Positions 18,889 through 28,680 of a stretch of 64,000 bases of DNA are shown here, one piece after another. Under the pieces are notes generated by a model, which saw only the letters and a program-made list of their open reading frames with translations, did no database searches and was not told the DNA's origin. Position 1 is the stretch's first letter; the number at the start of each line of letters is the position of its first letter. Origin of the DNA: a virus (taxonomy: Duplodnaviria; Caudoviricetes); IMG/VR virus record IMGVR_UViG_3300032327_000953, positions 174,136-238,135 of that record. The stretch is one strand, 5' to 3'. A program made the position numbers and the translations under genes.

Positions 18889-19470
18889 ATGGATAGTATG
18901 CGTAAATTATTAAACGATGTAAATGAAATTTTATTGAATAATCGTAAAGTTTGCTCTGATATAGAATCAGATTTACAAACAGATGATGGATCAATGTTAG
19001 AAGATGAAATATTAGATATGGTTTTATCCTCTCTGAGAAGTATTAGTAATAATACAGCATCAATACTTTCTAATGCCAATCTGGATCGCGTACAGAAAAA
19101 TTTGACAGAGCCGTGGGTATTGGGTATGATTGCTGTTGTTGAGGACAATATCCGAAATGTCCACGATTACGTCAAGTTTTCGGGTGAGGCTTCCGATAGA
19201 GATAGTGCGCTCCCCATGTCTGTCACTTGCGAAAATTGTGGAGCAATAAATGAATTAGATGGTGACACTTTAATGGAAGAAGAATTTACATGTGCAATAT
19301 GCAAAACCATGTCTACTATAGCATCTAAATCTCGACCAGGACTTTGGGAAAATATTAGGAAGAAAAAAGAAAGAGAAGGTAAAGATTACAAACCAGCAAA
19401 ACGTGGAGAAAATGACAGACCAGATCCGGAACAATGGAAGAAGTTGACCGAAGAGAATAAGAAAAAGTAA
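18889..19470 (+). CDS. hypothetical protein with Zn ribbon
   Basis: CENCG...CAIC; C-terminal PGLWENIRKKKER module. Confidence 0.75.
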   Translation: MDSMRKLLNDVNEILLNNRKVCSDIESDLQTDDGSMLEDEILDMVLSSLRSISNNTASILSNANLDRVQKNLTEPWVLGMIAVVEDNIRNVHDYVKFSGEASDRDSALPMSVTCENCGAINELDGDTLMEEEFTCAICKTMSTIASKSRPGLWENIRKKKEREGKDYKPAKRGENDRPDPEQWKKLTEENKKK

Positions 19471-19507
19471 GAATTTTAGACAAGACCAATCTTTTAAGGA
19501 CTAACTA

Positions 19508-20095
19508 ATGGAAAAACAGTTTGATGATCTATCTACGTATATTAATCTAGCCAAAAGAACAATATCGAAGTTTTCTAGTAAGTATCATAGCTCTCTAAGA
19601 AATGAGATGCTAAAGAACGAAGATGCCATATCCGACGTTGCATCAGCTATTATGTATGCTGATTGGCGATGGGATTCTAATAGGGTAGGAAAGGCATCTG
19701 GTATGGTCAAGAGTAAGTACGCATATAGAAATCAATGTGCTATATGGGCAATTCAGACATATATCACAAAGAAGTACAAGACCAAACATAAAAAGTTATC
19801 TCTAGATGCCGTAATGGCAGATAGCCAGCTTTCTCACGCTAGTATTATAGAATCAAAAACTGAGCAAGATCCTTTAGAGGGTATTATTGAGAACGAAAAA
19901 ACAGATTTAATTCATTCTCATATTCAAGATCTTATAAATAGCGATATAATAAACGATAAACAAAGACAACAACTAAAGATGTATTATTTTGATGATATGA
20001 CATTAAATGAAATTGGGAAGAAGTTTAATGTAACTAGAGAAGCAGTAAGGCAAAATATTAAAAAGGCCATAACTCTATTCCAAGAAATAGCATGA
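19508..20095 (+). CDS. phage sigma factor (sigma70 family, region 4 HTH)
   Basis: YYFDDMTLNEIGKKFNVTREAVRQ; region-2-like helices upstream. Confidence 0.85.
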   Translation: MEKQFDDLSTYINLAKRTISKFSSKYHSSLRNEMLKNEDAISDVASAIMYADWRWDSNRVGKASGMVKSKYAYRNQCAIWAIQTYITKKYKTKHKKLSLDAVMADSQLSHASIIESKTEQDPLEGIIENEKTDLIHSHIQDLINSDIINDKQRQQLKMYYFDDMTLNEIGKKFNVTREAVRQNIKKAITLFQEIA

Positions 20096-20433
20096 CAAAA
20101 TTAATTCTATGTCTATTCACAATAGATAATAAAGATGCTTTAGACTATATCTTATCAAGAAGTAATATAACATTATCTTTACCTTATATAGAGAATAATA
20201 TAAACATATCTATTCAAGATAATCTAAAAAAATTAGTGGATTCTTGCGTGAGAGCAGATATTGATTGGCTTAAACTTAAGATCTTTGAAATAAGAAATAC
20301 TCAACAAGATACTGAAATTCTATACTTTGGTCGCATACCATACGAATATAAGTATATGGTTAAAAATGCGTTTTTCGTAAGACCATCTATTACAGAAGAT
20401 CAAACTATTTTAAAGATGAAATATTTCATATGA
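20092..20433 (+). CDS. hypothetical protein
   Basis: ATGA-coupled ORF. Confidence 0.7.
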   Translation: MTKLILCLFTIDNKDALDYILSRSNITLSLPYIENNINISIQDNLKKLVDSCVRADIDWLKLKIFEIRNTQQDTEILYFGRIPYEYKYMVKNAFFVRPSITEDQTILKMKYFI

Positions 20434-20849
20434 ACTATATTATAGGCTGGATTAAAAGCTTTTTTATTAAGGCTAATCCTCCAGAAATCAAAGAAGTTCC
20501 AGTAGAAGCAAAGCCAGTAAAAGACAAATCGTTAATTTGTGGAGTTGCATTTGACTATTTTACAAATCACACAATTGGAATAGAATTACTAATGGGTGGT
20601 CAGTATGATTCTGATAATCTAAAATTTTCTGAAAAATTTGCACAATTTATTTATCATATCACACAACCATCATTTAGGCAGACTATTCTGGATAATATTA
20701 GGGATAATAGTGAAACCCCAGAAGATACTTTGTTTTACCAGAATGTTGTTTTTAATATAGCTCTTTTAGATACATATAAAAAGGAGAATACAAATACAAA
20801 AGATACAGAACCAGTCGTCAGACCGCTCGCTGTTTTCAGCAGACAATAA
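20430..20849 (+). CDS. hypothetical protein
   Basis: ATGA-coupled ORF. Confidence 0.7.
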   Translation: MNYIIGWIKSFFIKANPPEIKEVPVEAKPVKDKSLICGVAFDYFTNHTIGIELLMGGQYDSDNLKFSEKFAQFIYHITQPSFRQTILDNIRDNSETPEDTLFYQNVVFNIALLDTYKKENTNTKDTEPVVRPLAVFSRQ

Positions 20850-20859
20850 TGGTGAAATT

Positions 20860-21303
20860 ATGACATCTAGAACTCCTTTGATAGTCTGGGAAAAATGGAT
20901 CGATCCTCTTGGATTAGATAATGAAGAAGATATTGAAGACAATCCATTCTTTGATGATGAAAACGAAGAAGATACCCAAGATGCTGAACATGGTCATGAT
21001 CCTATGGAGATGCTAGATCAACATCTTATTAAAAAAACAAAAAATGTCAGAGTAATATCAACGCCCATGGGAATTATTCCTATGGAAGAAATGTTAGCTT
21101 CTGGTAAAATTTTTAATTTTTGGGTAGGCTATACTAATTTCAGTATCACAAAAAACATAGCTTATATTTTAGAAAAAACTGATGGTGTTGAAACTTTAGA
21201 TATATTTACAAGATATAGATTTAGAGTTGGAGTTGGCAAACTATTTGAGGATGGAGAAGTAATGAGAAACATTAATGCTAAGGTATACGAATATTTGTTA
21301 TGA
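20860..21303 (+). CDS. hypothetical phage protein
   Basis: Acidic linker; FNFWVGYTNF...RYRFRVGVGKLF. Confidence 0.75.
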   Translation: MTSRTPLIVWEKWIDPLGLDNEEDIEDNPFFDDENEEDTQDAEHGHDPMEMLDQHLIKKTKNVRVISTPMGIIPMEEMLASGKIFNFWVGYTNFSITKNIAYILEKTDGVETLDIFTRYRFRVGVGKLFEDGEVMRNINAKVYEYLL

Positions 21304-21968
21304 CAATACCAAAAACAATTACTAATGATGATATCCATTTGATACATAACCAAAATATAGATCCTGGAAACAGAGAGATATATCTACATTCTTACGTTTG
21401 TGAAGGAGAGTTTGAGCCTGGAGTAGATTATCGTGCTGCTATAAACTTTGAAAAAAATCTGAGATATTTGAGTTTAACATCAAAAGAACCCATACTAATA
21501 CATATGCATATTCCTGGTGGAGACTGGGAAGATTGCATGGCTATCTATGATTCTATCAAAACATGTAAAGTTAAAACTACTATTCTAGGATATGGTAAAA
21601 TTCAATCGGCAAGTAGTATTATTCTACAAGCTCCTAATCATAGAATAATAATGCCAAATACTAATATTCTTATCCACTACGGTTCTATTAGTCTAGATAG
21701 TGAGCATAGTAAAGCGGCAGCAAGTAGCGTTCAATGGAATGAACGAGAATGTGAAAAAATGGTAGATATTTTTGTTGATAGATGCATGAATAGCCCATTA
21801 GCAAAAGAAAAAAATTGGAAACGAATGATGGTAAAAAAACATATCGTTTCTCAACTGGCTAATAAATGCGATTGGATACTAACTGCAGAAGAAGCGGTGT
21901 ATTATGGTTTTGCAGACGGCATTTTAGGAGATGTCAAATATCCAAGCATTAACAGTCTTAAAAAATAA
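21300..21968 (+). CDS. ClpP-like (S14) protease
   Basis: IPGG, GKIQSAS (Ser), LIHYG (His), CDWILTAEEAVYYGFAD (Asp). Confidence 0.85.
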   Translation: MTIPKTITNDDIHLIHNQNIDPGNREIYLHSYVCEGEFEPGVDYRAAINFEKNLRYLSLTSKEPILIHMHIPGGDWEDCMAIYDSIKTCKVKTTILGYGKIQSASSIILQAPNHRIIMPNTNILIHYGSISLDSEHSKAAASSVQWNERECEKMVDIFVDRCMNSPLAKEKNWKRMMVKKHIVSQLANKCDWILTAEEAVYYGFADGILGDVKYPSINSLKK

Positions 21969-22627
21969 TGTATATAGAATACGCATATTACGATTTATCA
22001 TCAAATGAAGCAGAAACAAAACAAAATATAAACCAAGCAATTAAGCTAGGTGTTCATAATATCTCCGTATTGCCATCATATGTTAAGATGGCTAAATCTA
22101 TTGTTGAAAAATTGACCGTATCTTGTCCAATAGATTATCCCCTCGGCGTTCTGGATCTAAAAAGCAGAATAAGTGCCGTGGAGGGCGCTGTTAAAAATGG
22201 TGTGAATATTGTAGATGTGGTCTGCCCAGCTTACCCTTTGTGCCATAGAAAATATGATAAGTTTAGAGAGGATATAAAAAATCTTAAAGATCTATGTGAT
22301 TATAATAAAATACAACTTAGATATTTTTTAGAATACAGAATATACTCATATGATTTGCTTTATAAAATAGCTCAAGTTTTATTAGAATTTGATATTAATA
22401 TTTGTTTTCCTTCTACTGGACATTTATTAGACGATATTAATGATAATCTCATTGCATCAGCCATGATCAATAAAAAGACAGAAAAAATTAATATGGTCAT
22501 TAATGGTAACATATGGAATAGTTCTCAGGCTAATTTGATCTTAAAGTCCAAACCATATGGAATTAGGCTAAATTCTATTAACTCTTTACAACTCGTTTTG
22601 GAAAATAGTAAGAAAATAGCCGATTAG
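21968..22627 (+). CDS. DeoC/DERA-like TIM barrel lacking catalytic lysines
   Basis: IDYPLG, GVNIVDVV, FLE, CFPSTG align to DERA NFPHG, GADEVDVV, IIE, IKTSTG. Confidence 0.75.
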   Translation: MYIEYAYYDLSSNEAETKQNINQAIKLGVHNISVLPSYVKMAKSIVEKLTVSCPIDYPLGVLDLKSRISAVEGAVKNGVNIVDVVCPAYPLCHRKYDKFREDIKNLKDLCDYNKIQLRYFLEYRIYSYDLLYKIAQVLLEFDINICFPSTGHLLDDINDNLIASAMINKKTEKINMVINGNIWNSSQANLILKSKPYGIRLNSINSLQLVLENSKKIAD

Positions 22628-22634
22628 GTGTATA
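22627..22634 (+). promoter_or_regulatory. putative late promoter GGTGTATA(AAT)
   Basis: 40 nt upstream of 22675; contains T4-like TATAAAT. Confidence 0.65.
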
Positions 22635-22674
22635 AATTTTTGATTCTTTCACCATATTTTATCTGGAGACTAAA

Positions 22675-23265
22675 ATGGCAACAGTACAAATCGACGGTTC
22701 AACTGCTGTAACAGGCACATACTGGAGCGGTACTTCAACAAAAAACAATCACGGTGTGGCCGTTAAAACTGGTTCAGCATCTTCTATTCTAAGCAACAGA
22801 TCAGTTGCTAGTCCAGCTACAACTGTGTTTGGATCAACCGTAGTCCCAGCTTCTAGTACAGTTAATGATTATGCAACAAAGGCTCTAAGTGCTGGTACTT
22901 TCAGATACAACAATCAAAGACCATTAGCTAGAAGACTAACAACCACAATTAGTGGCGTTAGTAATACTGTGCTAAGAAGTGGAGCTCTTGTTCCATCACT
23001 TGTTACAACAATCAATAGATCTCGTGTTAGAAATGGTAGTGGTAATCTTGTTGATGGAGTTAGAACAAGAAGAGATACAACAGCTATTAGGGCTGGTAAT
23101 TTCAACCTCTACACAGGCAAGTTCACAGTTGCACCAACCGTTGCTGCTGACACATACAATTCAGACTCAGCTGCAACACCAACAAGAGATGTTCCTGGTC
23201 AACTTGTTTTCAGAACAGGTTCCAAGGTTCCAGTTACAAGAGACTATGCGGCTAAAACAGCCTAA
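22675..23265 (+). CDS. probable virion structural protein (S/T/G/A-rich)
   Basis: SD GGAG; own late-motif promoter and strong terminator; composition. Confidence 0.6.
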   Translation: MATVQIDGSTAVTGTYWSGTSTKNNHGVAVKTGSASSILSNRSVASPATTVFGSTVVPASSTVNDYATKALSAGTFRYNNQRPLARRLTTTISGVSNTVLRSGALVPSLVTTINRSRVRNGSGNLVDGVRTRRDTTAIRAGNFNLYTGKFTVAPTVAADTYNSDSAATPTRDVPGQLVFRTGSKVPVTRDYAAKTA

Positions 23266-23293
23266 TAAGGTTCTTATTAAGACAATTCAAACA

Positions 23294-23327
23294 AGGCCAG
23301 TAACTTCGGTTGCTGGCTTTTGTTTTT
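23294..23327 (+). terminator. rho-independent terminator
   Basis: GCCAGTAAC-TTCG-GTTGCTGGC followed by TTTTGTTTTT. Confidence 0.9.
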
Positions 23328-23349
23328 AATATGCCGAAATATTTGAAGT

Positions 23350-23357
23350 GGTGTATA
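23350..23357 (+). promoter_or_regulatory. putative late promoter GGTGTATA
   Basis: Just after the terminator, 50 nt upstream of ATG 23408. Confidence 0.65.
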
Positions 23358-23407
23358 ATAATACGTTTATTTCACGACTTTCTTTCCCTGTTATAAATGG
23401 GCCAAAA

Positions 23408-23725
23408 ATGTCAGAAACCATTATTCATTTCTGGGAAAATATCGCAACCACCAGCATTGGTATTATTGTTACCATGGTTGGTTTTTGGGTGGCAATAGGA
23501 AGAAATATGGCTACAAAATCAGAAGTATTAGTTATGATTGAAACACAATCACCATATGTTCATGATAAACAATTTATTATGGAAAGACTAGCCTCAAATA
23601 AAGAAAGTCAAGCAGCTTTCGCATTAGCGTTACAAAGAAACACAGATGTTATGACAGAACTAAAAGTTCAAATAGCAATGCTTGGTAAAACTTTAGAAGC
23701 CCTTGAAGACAGAATAGAAAGGTAA
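23408..23725 (+). CDS. membrane-anchored coiled-coil protein
   Basis: TM IGIIVTMVGFWVAIG then heptad-like helix; start moved to ATG 23408. Confidence 0.7.
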   Translation: MSETIIHFWENIATTSIGIIVTMVGFWVAIGRNMATKSEVLVMIETQSPYVHDKQFIMERLASNKESQAAFALALQRNTDVMTELKVQIAMLGKTLEALEDRIER

Positions 23726-23731
23726 TAATTT

Positions 23732-23944
23732 ATGACAAACGATATTCAAAAAGCAGTTTCTGCAAATCCAGTAAAAAATGGTACTATGCTTGTTGGTACA
23801 TCATGGACAGGCAATTATAGCACAAGAGATACCTATGTTAAAAATACTCCTACTATGAATACTATTGAAGCTAAATATGATAACAGATTCTACAATGGTA
23901 TTTTTGTTACATTAACTGGTAATCAAACAATAGTAGGTGGTTAA
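23732..23944 (+). CDS. small hypothetical (probably virion) protein
   Basis: ORF packing in late operon. Confidence 0.65.
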   Translation: MTNDIQKAVSANPVKNGTMLVGTSWTGNYSTRDTYVKNTPTMNTIEAKYDNRFYNGIFVTLTGNQTIVGG

Positions 23945-24203
23945 CATGAGTATTCAAAGAATAAATGAATTTCCAGCAGCTAGTGGATTAACTAGCGATG
24001 ATATATTTTTGATCATGGACGATCCCGCTGGATCTGCTTTGACTAAAAAAGTCTCTCTATCTACTCTTCATTCTGGTTTAGTTCAGAGCAACACTAGTTT
24101 AGTTAGTAATTCTATCAATATTACAAATATAGTCAGCATATCTCAAGCCAATTACGATGCTTTAGAAACAAAAGATCCTAGTACATTATATGTTATTCAA
24201 TAA
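23937..24203 (+). CDS. tail-fibre-associated small protein
   Basis: QRINEFPAA N-terminus and ISQANYDALETKDPSTLYVI motif, typical of phage fibre proteins. Confidence 0.65.
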   Translation: MVNMSIQRINEFPAASGLTSDDIFLIMDDPAGSALTKKVSLSTLHSGLVQSNTSLVSNSINITNIVSISQANYDALETKDPSTLYVIQ

Positions 24204-24216
24204 TTAAGGATCTCTT

Positions 24217-27200
24217 ATGGCAGATTTTACAATAGAGTTCTGGACCAAGATTTCATCTAATAATAGTCAAACTAATTTTTTTAATATTGGCACAGAGACA
24301 TCTTTAAAATACTCAGCTTCCGTATGGACATTAAAACTTGCTGGAAGTAATAAAACTACATTTAGTTATAGTTTGCCATTGAATACTTGGACACATATTG
24401 CAATAACAAGATCAAATACTACGGTCAAATTATTTATTGGTGGGGTAGCAAAAAGAACATATATTGGCACATCAGACAATATAAATGACACTTCAGGACT
24501 GCTAACAATAGGAAACGCCGATACTCCTGATAGCACAAAAAATGTCAAGGGGTATATTAGTAATTTTCATATAGTAAAAGGAACATCTCTTTATAATGGA
24601 AATACATACACTCCTTCAACAGCTATACCAACAACAATATCAGGACAATCTGTTTTATTGATGGATTTCTATGATAATGATACAAGATTTTTAGAAGAGA
24701 TTAGTGGTAATGGAACAACTAAAACTATATCAAATTCTGGAGTAGTATTTAATTCTGATAATCCTGCTGGTGTTGGAAATCCTGGAAGTGCAAATTTTGG
24801 ATCAGTTGGATCAACTAATAATTTAACAGTATCTAATGATGGAGATTTTGCTTTTGGTCTTGCTGGCGCAGATTTAACACCAACTCCAACACCTACTCAA
24901 ACAGCAACTCCAACATCCAGCATAACAGCAACTCCAAGTTTGACTCCTAGCACAAGCGGTCCAGCTACAGGATATTGTGTTTATGAGTGGAGCGCTAGTG
25001 GATCAGTATGGAATAATATACAATCTCTTTGTTCTGTAGGATATGAATGTGGAAGTGCTCCAGGATTTAATGGAACATTCGATGGGCAAAGAGTAAATAT
25101 ATCTTGTGTATTTACAGCAACTCCACCAGTTACTCCAACACAAACACACACACCAACCAATACCCTTACAGCCAGTCCAACAAATACAAAAACCTCAACA
25201 CCAACTCCAAGTAATAGTGGATATGTTAGTGGATACTGCACATATGAATATAGCTCAAGCAATGGAGGAGTTTGGAATAATATTTTAACTAATTGTGCCC
25301 CAGGATATGTTTGTGGAAATCAACCTGAATTTAATGGATTTAATGGACAAAAAGTAAATGTATCTTGTGTTATTGGAGTAACACCAACTCCAACGTCAAC
25401 CGTTTCAGCCACTCCAAGTAATTTTGCCCCATACTCATATACAATAAAATACAGAGAAGCTGATGGCTCAAATAATAAGTATGGTTGGTTTGATAATGAA
25501 ACAGCTTGTACTTTAGAATCAGAGGGCTGGGGAGAAATAACCATATACTCTCCAAGCTCAATATTTACTAATGGCATGAGTTTTTATTTGGATTCTTCAG
25601 GATCACAAATTGTTAATGTAGTTGCAAATCAATATTACTATTATTCAGATGAAAATAAATCATTCATGTGGGTTGCTGGAAATACTATTTCAAACATAGC
25701 AGCTTGTAATACCTGTAACTCAATTACTTTAGTTGGTCTTAATGCTAACACAACATCAAATTCTGCAATTAGTACTCATGGAGGAGGATGGACAGCATCA
25801 GCATATTCTACAGAAACTTATACTAGTCCAGTTTCAGTAACATTTAAGACATCGGCAAGCGACAATTATTTAATGGGTGGATTCTCTTATACCCCAACTT
25901 CAAATTCAGAAACCTATATCAATACAACTTATGGTCTCTATATACAGCCAGGGTTTTTAGAGATATATGAATATGGTGGTCAGGTTAATGTTCCAGGATC
26001 TATTACTAGATCAGTAAATGATATCTGGAAAGTTGATTATAATGGAACAAATGTTAAATATTACCAAAATAATACTTTAATTTATACTTCATCAAATATA
26101 GTAAATCAACCATTACATGTATTTTTCCCTCTTTTAACAGGTGGGGCGGGAGTTACAGATGTTTGTGTTAATATACCGGCCCCTACTCCAACTCCAACGC
26201 CAACCCCTACAGCGACACCAGTCAATCCTAATGATCTAATATTTGATTCAAATTACTTGGGAGATTTTATAGTATTAAGTAATTATGATTGTACGGCTTC
26301 ATTTACTTCTGATACTAGTGAAAATGAAACATCTGTTTTAACAAATTATAGAATAAGTGATGGACAAAAAGTGGTTTTCAGTATGGTCACAACTTATGGT
26401 GGCACCAGTGATTACACAGGTGTAGGAGTAGCCAACCGTCAATTTAATGTAAATAATTATTTAGGGGGTACCAATTCAATTGGTCTCTATGATGGCGGTG
26501 AGCTATATTATGCACTATTAAATAATAATGGATATATCACTCTAGACTTAAATTTTCAACAAGATGGAAATATTGTAGATGTTGCCGTTGATAGAGTTAA
26601 TAATTTAATATGGTTTAGGGTAGATGGAGGATATTGGAATGGTGATGAAACACAAGACCCAGAGACAGCCTCGGGAGGAATAGATATCTCTGGTATCTCT
26701 GGAGATGTTTATCCTGGAGCTTGTCCATATGCTTACGACGGTATCTTTGGTCTAATATCTATCAATAATAGGGTATCTAATCCACCAGCAGGATTTACTG
26801 TATTAAAAAGTTCACATGCTCCTCTAATTAATAGAGCATTTTCTAGTCAAATATATTTAAGTGATTCTAATATAACTTCTATTAAACTAGGAAATGATGA
26901 CGTTTCTAAAATATTTTTAGGAGATGTTTTAGTATTCGGTGGAGTAACACCGACTCCAACAGCTACGCCTACTCCTACTCCTACTCCGACACATGCTAGC
27001 TTTGGTAGTTCAGGATTCCAATGGATGAATATTAATTCTGTTACTTCGAATACAGCATCAGGAATAGGCCAAAATAATATTACAATATCGATTACACAAA
27101 CTGGTGGTGGAATGGCATCTCATAATGGAATGGTTGGTGGATCAACTTTCCCTGAAACCTACGGTGTCCCACTAGGTGGAACTCAAATTTTAAATAGTCA

Positions 27201-27501
27201 ATCTGGTATATTTACGGCAGTTTTTAGTCAACCAGTTACAGATGCACTGGTTGCATTTGCTAGTGTCGGTCAACCAGGATTATCAGTACCAGTACAAGTA
27301 TCTACTCCCTTTACTCCAGTTTGGAGTACTGATACCACATATCAAAATGCGGTAAATGGTACTCAATATTCTCAATTTACTGGAGAAGAAGGATATAATA
27401 TAATCAGAATAGATGGTACAGTAACTACTGTCACTTTCAACTATACTGTTAGTGAATATTATTGCACGGTTTGTTTTGGATTTGTTGACCAAAACGCTTA
27501 A
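24217..27501 (+). CDS. large modular fibre/adhesin-like protein (LamG/ConA-like, Cys-rich repeats, SPRY-like; Pro/Thr linkers)
   Basis: FTIEFW...WTHIAITR...GYISNFHIVKG (LamG-like); VDVAVDRVNNLIWFRVDG (SPRY-like); five (PT)n linkers. Confidence 0.75.
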   Translation: MADFTIEFWTKISSNNSQTNFFNIGTETSLKYSASVWTLKLAGSNKTTFSYSLPLNTWTHIAITRSNTTVKLFIGGVAKRTYIGTSDNINDTSGLLTIGNADTPDSTKNVKGYISNFHIVKGTSLYNGNTYTPSTAIPTTISGQSVLLMDFYDNDTRFLEEISGNGTTKTISNSGVVFNSDNPAGVGNPGSANFGSVGSTNNLTVSNDGDFAFGLAGADLTPTPTPTQTATPTSSITATPSLTPSTSGPATGYCVYEWSASGSVWNNIQSLCSVGYECGSAPGFNGTFDGQRVNISCVFTATPPVTPTQTHTPTNTLTASPTNTKTSTPTPSNSGYVSGYCTYEYSSSNGGVWNNILTNCAPGYVCGNQPEFNGFNGQKVNVSCVIGVTPTPTSTVSATPSNFAPYSYTIKYREADGSNNKYGWFDNETACTLESEGWGEITIYSPSSIFTNGMSFYLDSSGSQIVNVVANQYYYYSDENKSFMWVAGNTISNIAACNTCNSITLVGLNANTTSNSAISTHGGGWTASAYSTETYTSPVSVTFKTSASDNYLMGGFSYTPTSNSETYINTTYGLYIQPGFLEIYEYGGQVNVPGSITRSVNDIWKVDYNGTNVKYYQNNTLIYTSSNIVNQPLHVFFPLLTGGAGVTDVCVNIPAPTPTPTPTPTATPVNPNDLIFDSNYLGDFIVLSNYDCTASFTSDTSENETSVLTNYRISDGQKVVFSMVTTYGGTSDYTGVGVANRQFNVNNYLGGTNSIGLYDGGELYYALLNNNGYITLDLNFQQDGNIVDVAVDRVNNLIWFRVDGGYWNGDETQDPETASGGIDISGISGDVYPGACPYAYDGIFGLISINNRVSNPPAGFTVLKSSHAPLINRAFSSQIYLSDSNITSIKLGNDDVSKIFLGDVLVFGGVTPTPTATPTPTPTPTHASFGSSGFQWMNINSVTSNTASGIGQNNITISITQTGGGMASHNGMVGGSTFPETYGVPLGGTQILNSQSGIFTAVFSQPVTDALVAFASVGQPGLSVPVQVSTPFTPVWSTDTTYQNAVNGTQYSQFTGEEGYNIIRIDGTVTTVTFNYTVSEYYCTVCFGFVDQNA
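24970..25371 (+). repeat. tandem duplicated 4-Cys module inside fibre (24970-25110 and 25231-25371)
   Basis: GYCVYEW..VWNN..LCSVGYECG..FNG..GQRVNISCV vs GYCTYEY..VWNN..NCAPGYVCG..FNG..GQKVNVSCV. Confidence 0.9.
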
Positions 27502-27509
27502 GACTAATT

Positions 27510-27517
27510 GGTGTATA
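27510..27517 (+). promoter_or_regulatory. putative late promoter GGTGTATA
   Basis: 40 nt upstream of 27557. Confidence 0.65.
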
Positions 27518-27556
27518 TTATACTAGTATTTACTATCTTTATTGGAGTAATATATT

Positions 27557-27883
27557 ATGGTAAAACCTGGCTATAGAACTAGTGAATTTTGGTTCACAAT
27601 GGTAAGTTTTATATTTAGTGGTTTATATTTACTTGGAATTATTGGAGAAAATTCTCAAAAAGAAGATCTGATTCAAGAAACTAGCAGGGGATTAGAAGCT
27701 ACAATTCTTATTATCGGACAACTCACTATACTCTTCAAATATGTAAAAGGAAGAACCGATCTTAAAAAGACTTGGTGGAGCACAGCAACACCAGAAGAAA
27801 GAAAAGAAGCTAATAAAAAGAACAGTCAACCATTAAGAAAAAAGAAAAAGAAAAATGCAAGTCCAAAACCTATCAGTAAATAA
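27557..27883 (+). CDS. holin-like two-TM membrane protein
   Basis: KPGYRTSEFW, two hydrophobic segments, highly basic C-tail. Confidence 0.55.
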   Translation: MVKPGYRTSEFWFTMVSFIFSGLYLLGIIGENSQKEDLIQETSRGLEATILIIGQLTILFKYVKGRTDLKKTWWSTATPEERKEANKKNSQPLRKKKKKNASPKPISK

Positions 27884-28280
27884 TATTCAATCTTTAGTAG
27901 ATAAAGCTAAAGCTATACTAAAAGCTGTAAAAGAAGTAGCAATGCCTCAAGCATGGAATGTGCTCCAGCTTGCTACAGTAGATGTTATTCAAAGTATAGA
28001 AAATAATAGTCCAACTTTAAAAGGTGCAGATAAAAAGACACTAGCTATGACCATGATTAGTAACTTTTACGATCAGGTCTTTACTGTAGTGAACTTTCCA
28101 TTTGTTCCAAAAATTTTACAACCTATTATACAGAAGTACGTCAAGCAATTGTTGATGTTGTTGGTCAGTTCATCTATCGATGCGTTAGTAACCACTTTCA
28201 GAGATAACGGGATTTTTACTGATCCACACTCCACAATAACTACTGACGTAGATAAAGTTCCAGAGGTTTCAGACAAATAA
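27855..28280 (+). CDS. hypothetical helical protein
   Basis: ORF packing. Confidence 0.7.
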   Translation: MQVQNLSVNNIQSLVDKAKAILKAVKEVAMPQAWNVLQLATVDVIQSIENNSPTLKGADKKTLAMTMISNFYDQVFTVVNFPFVPKILQPIIQKYVKQLLMLLVSSSIDALVTTFRDNGIFTDPHSTITTDVDKVPEVSDK

Positions 28281-28290
28281 GGGGATTAAA

Positions 28291-28680
28291 ATGAATTTCA
28301 CAGAAAGTTTTGAACAGTTTAGTAGTAAATTAACAACAATGGATTTGGCTCTATATGCTGGGGTGGGTCTTGTTCTTTGGGTTCTTTTTAAGGATAAGTT
28401 GAGCCCAGTACAGTCTTTACTTTTATCTTTGATGAATAAGGTAAAGGGAGTCTCTGGGGTAAAGACTCCAGATTCATTAGTTCCAGTTGTTGTTCCTCCA
28501 GTAGTAGAAGTAGCTACTCCAAAGGTAAATGAGCAAGATACATTCTTTAAGCTAGTTGTTTCTTGGAAACAAACAAGAGATTTGGCTGTTGAAAGCGGTT
28601 GCTCAGAAGCAGTAAAGGTTGCAGATCAGATGTTTCCATTTTTAAGTCCAAATGTTTGCGGTAAAAAGGATGTTCTATGA
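28291..28680 (+). CDS. membrane protein
   Basis: TM LALYAGVGLVLWVLF. Confidence 0.7.
   Translation: MNFTESFEQFSSKLTTMDLALYAGVGLVLWVLFKDKLSPVQSLLLSLMNKVKGVSGVKTPDSLVPVVVPPVVEVATPKVNEQDTFFKLVVSWKQTRDLAVESGCSEAVKVADQMFPFLSPNVCGKKDVL

Noticed and set aside
24877-26991. ACTCCA/ACACCA repeats as a DNA repeat array or DGR variable region
   Set aside because: They are synonymous-variable codons for Pro/Thr linkers; no reverse transcriptase or adenine-specific TR/VR pair was seen.
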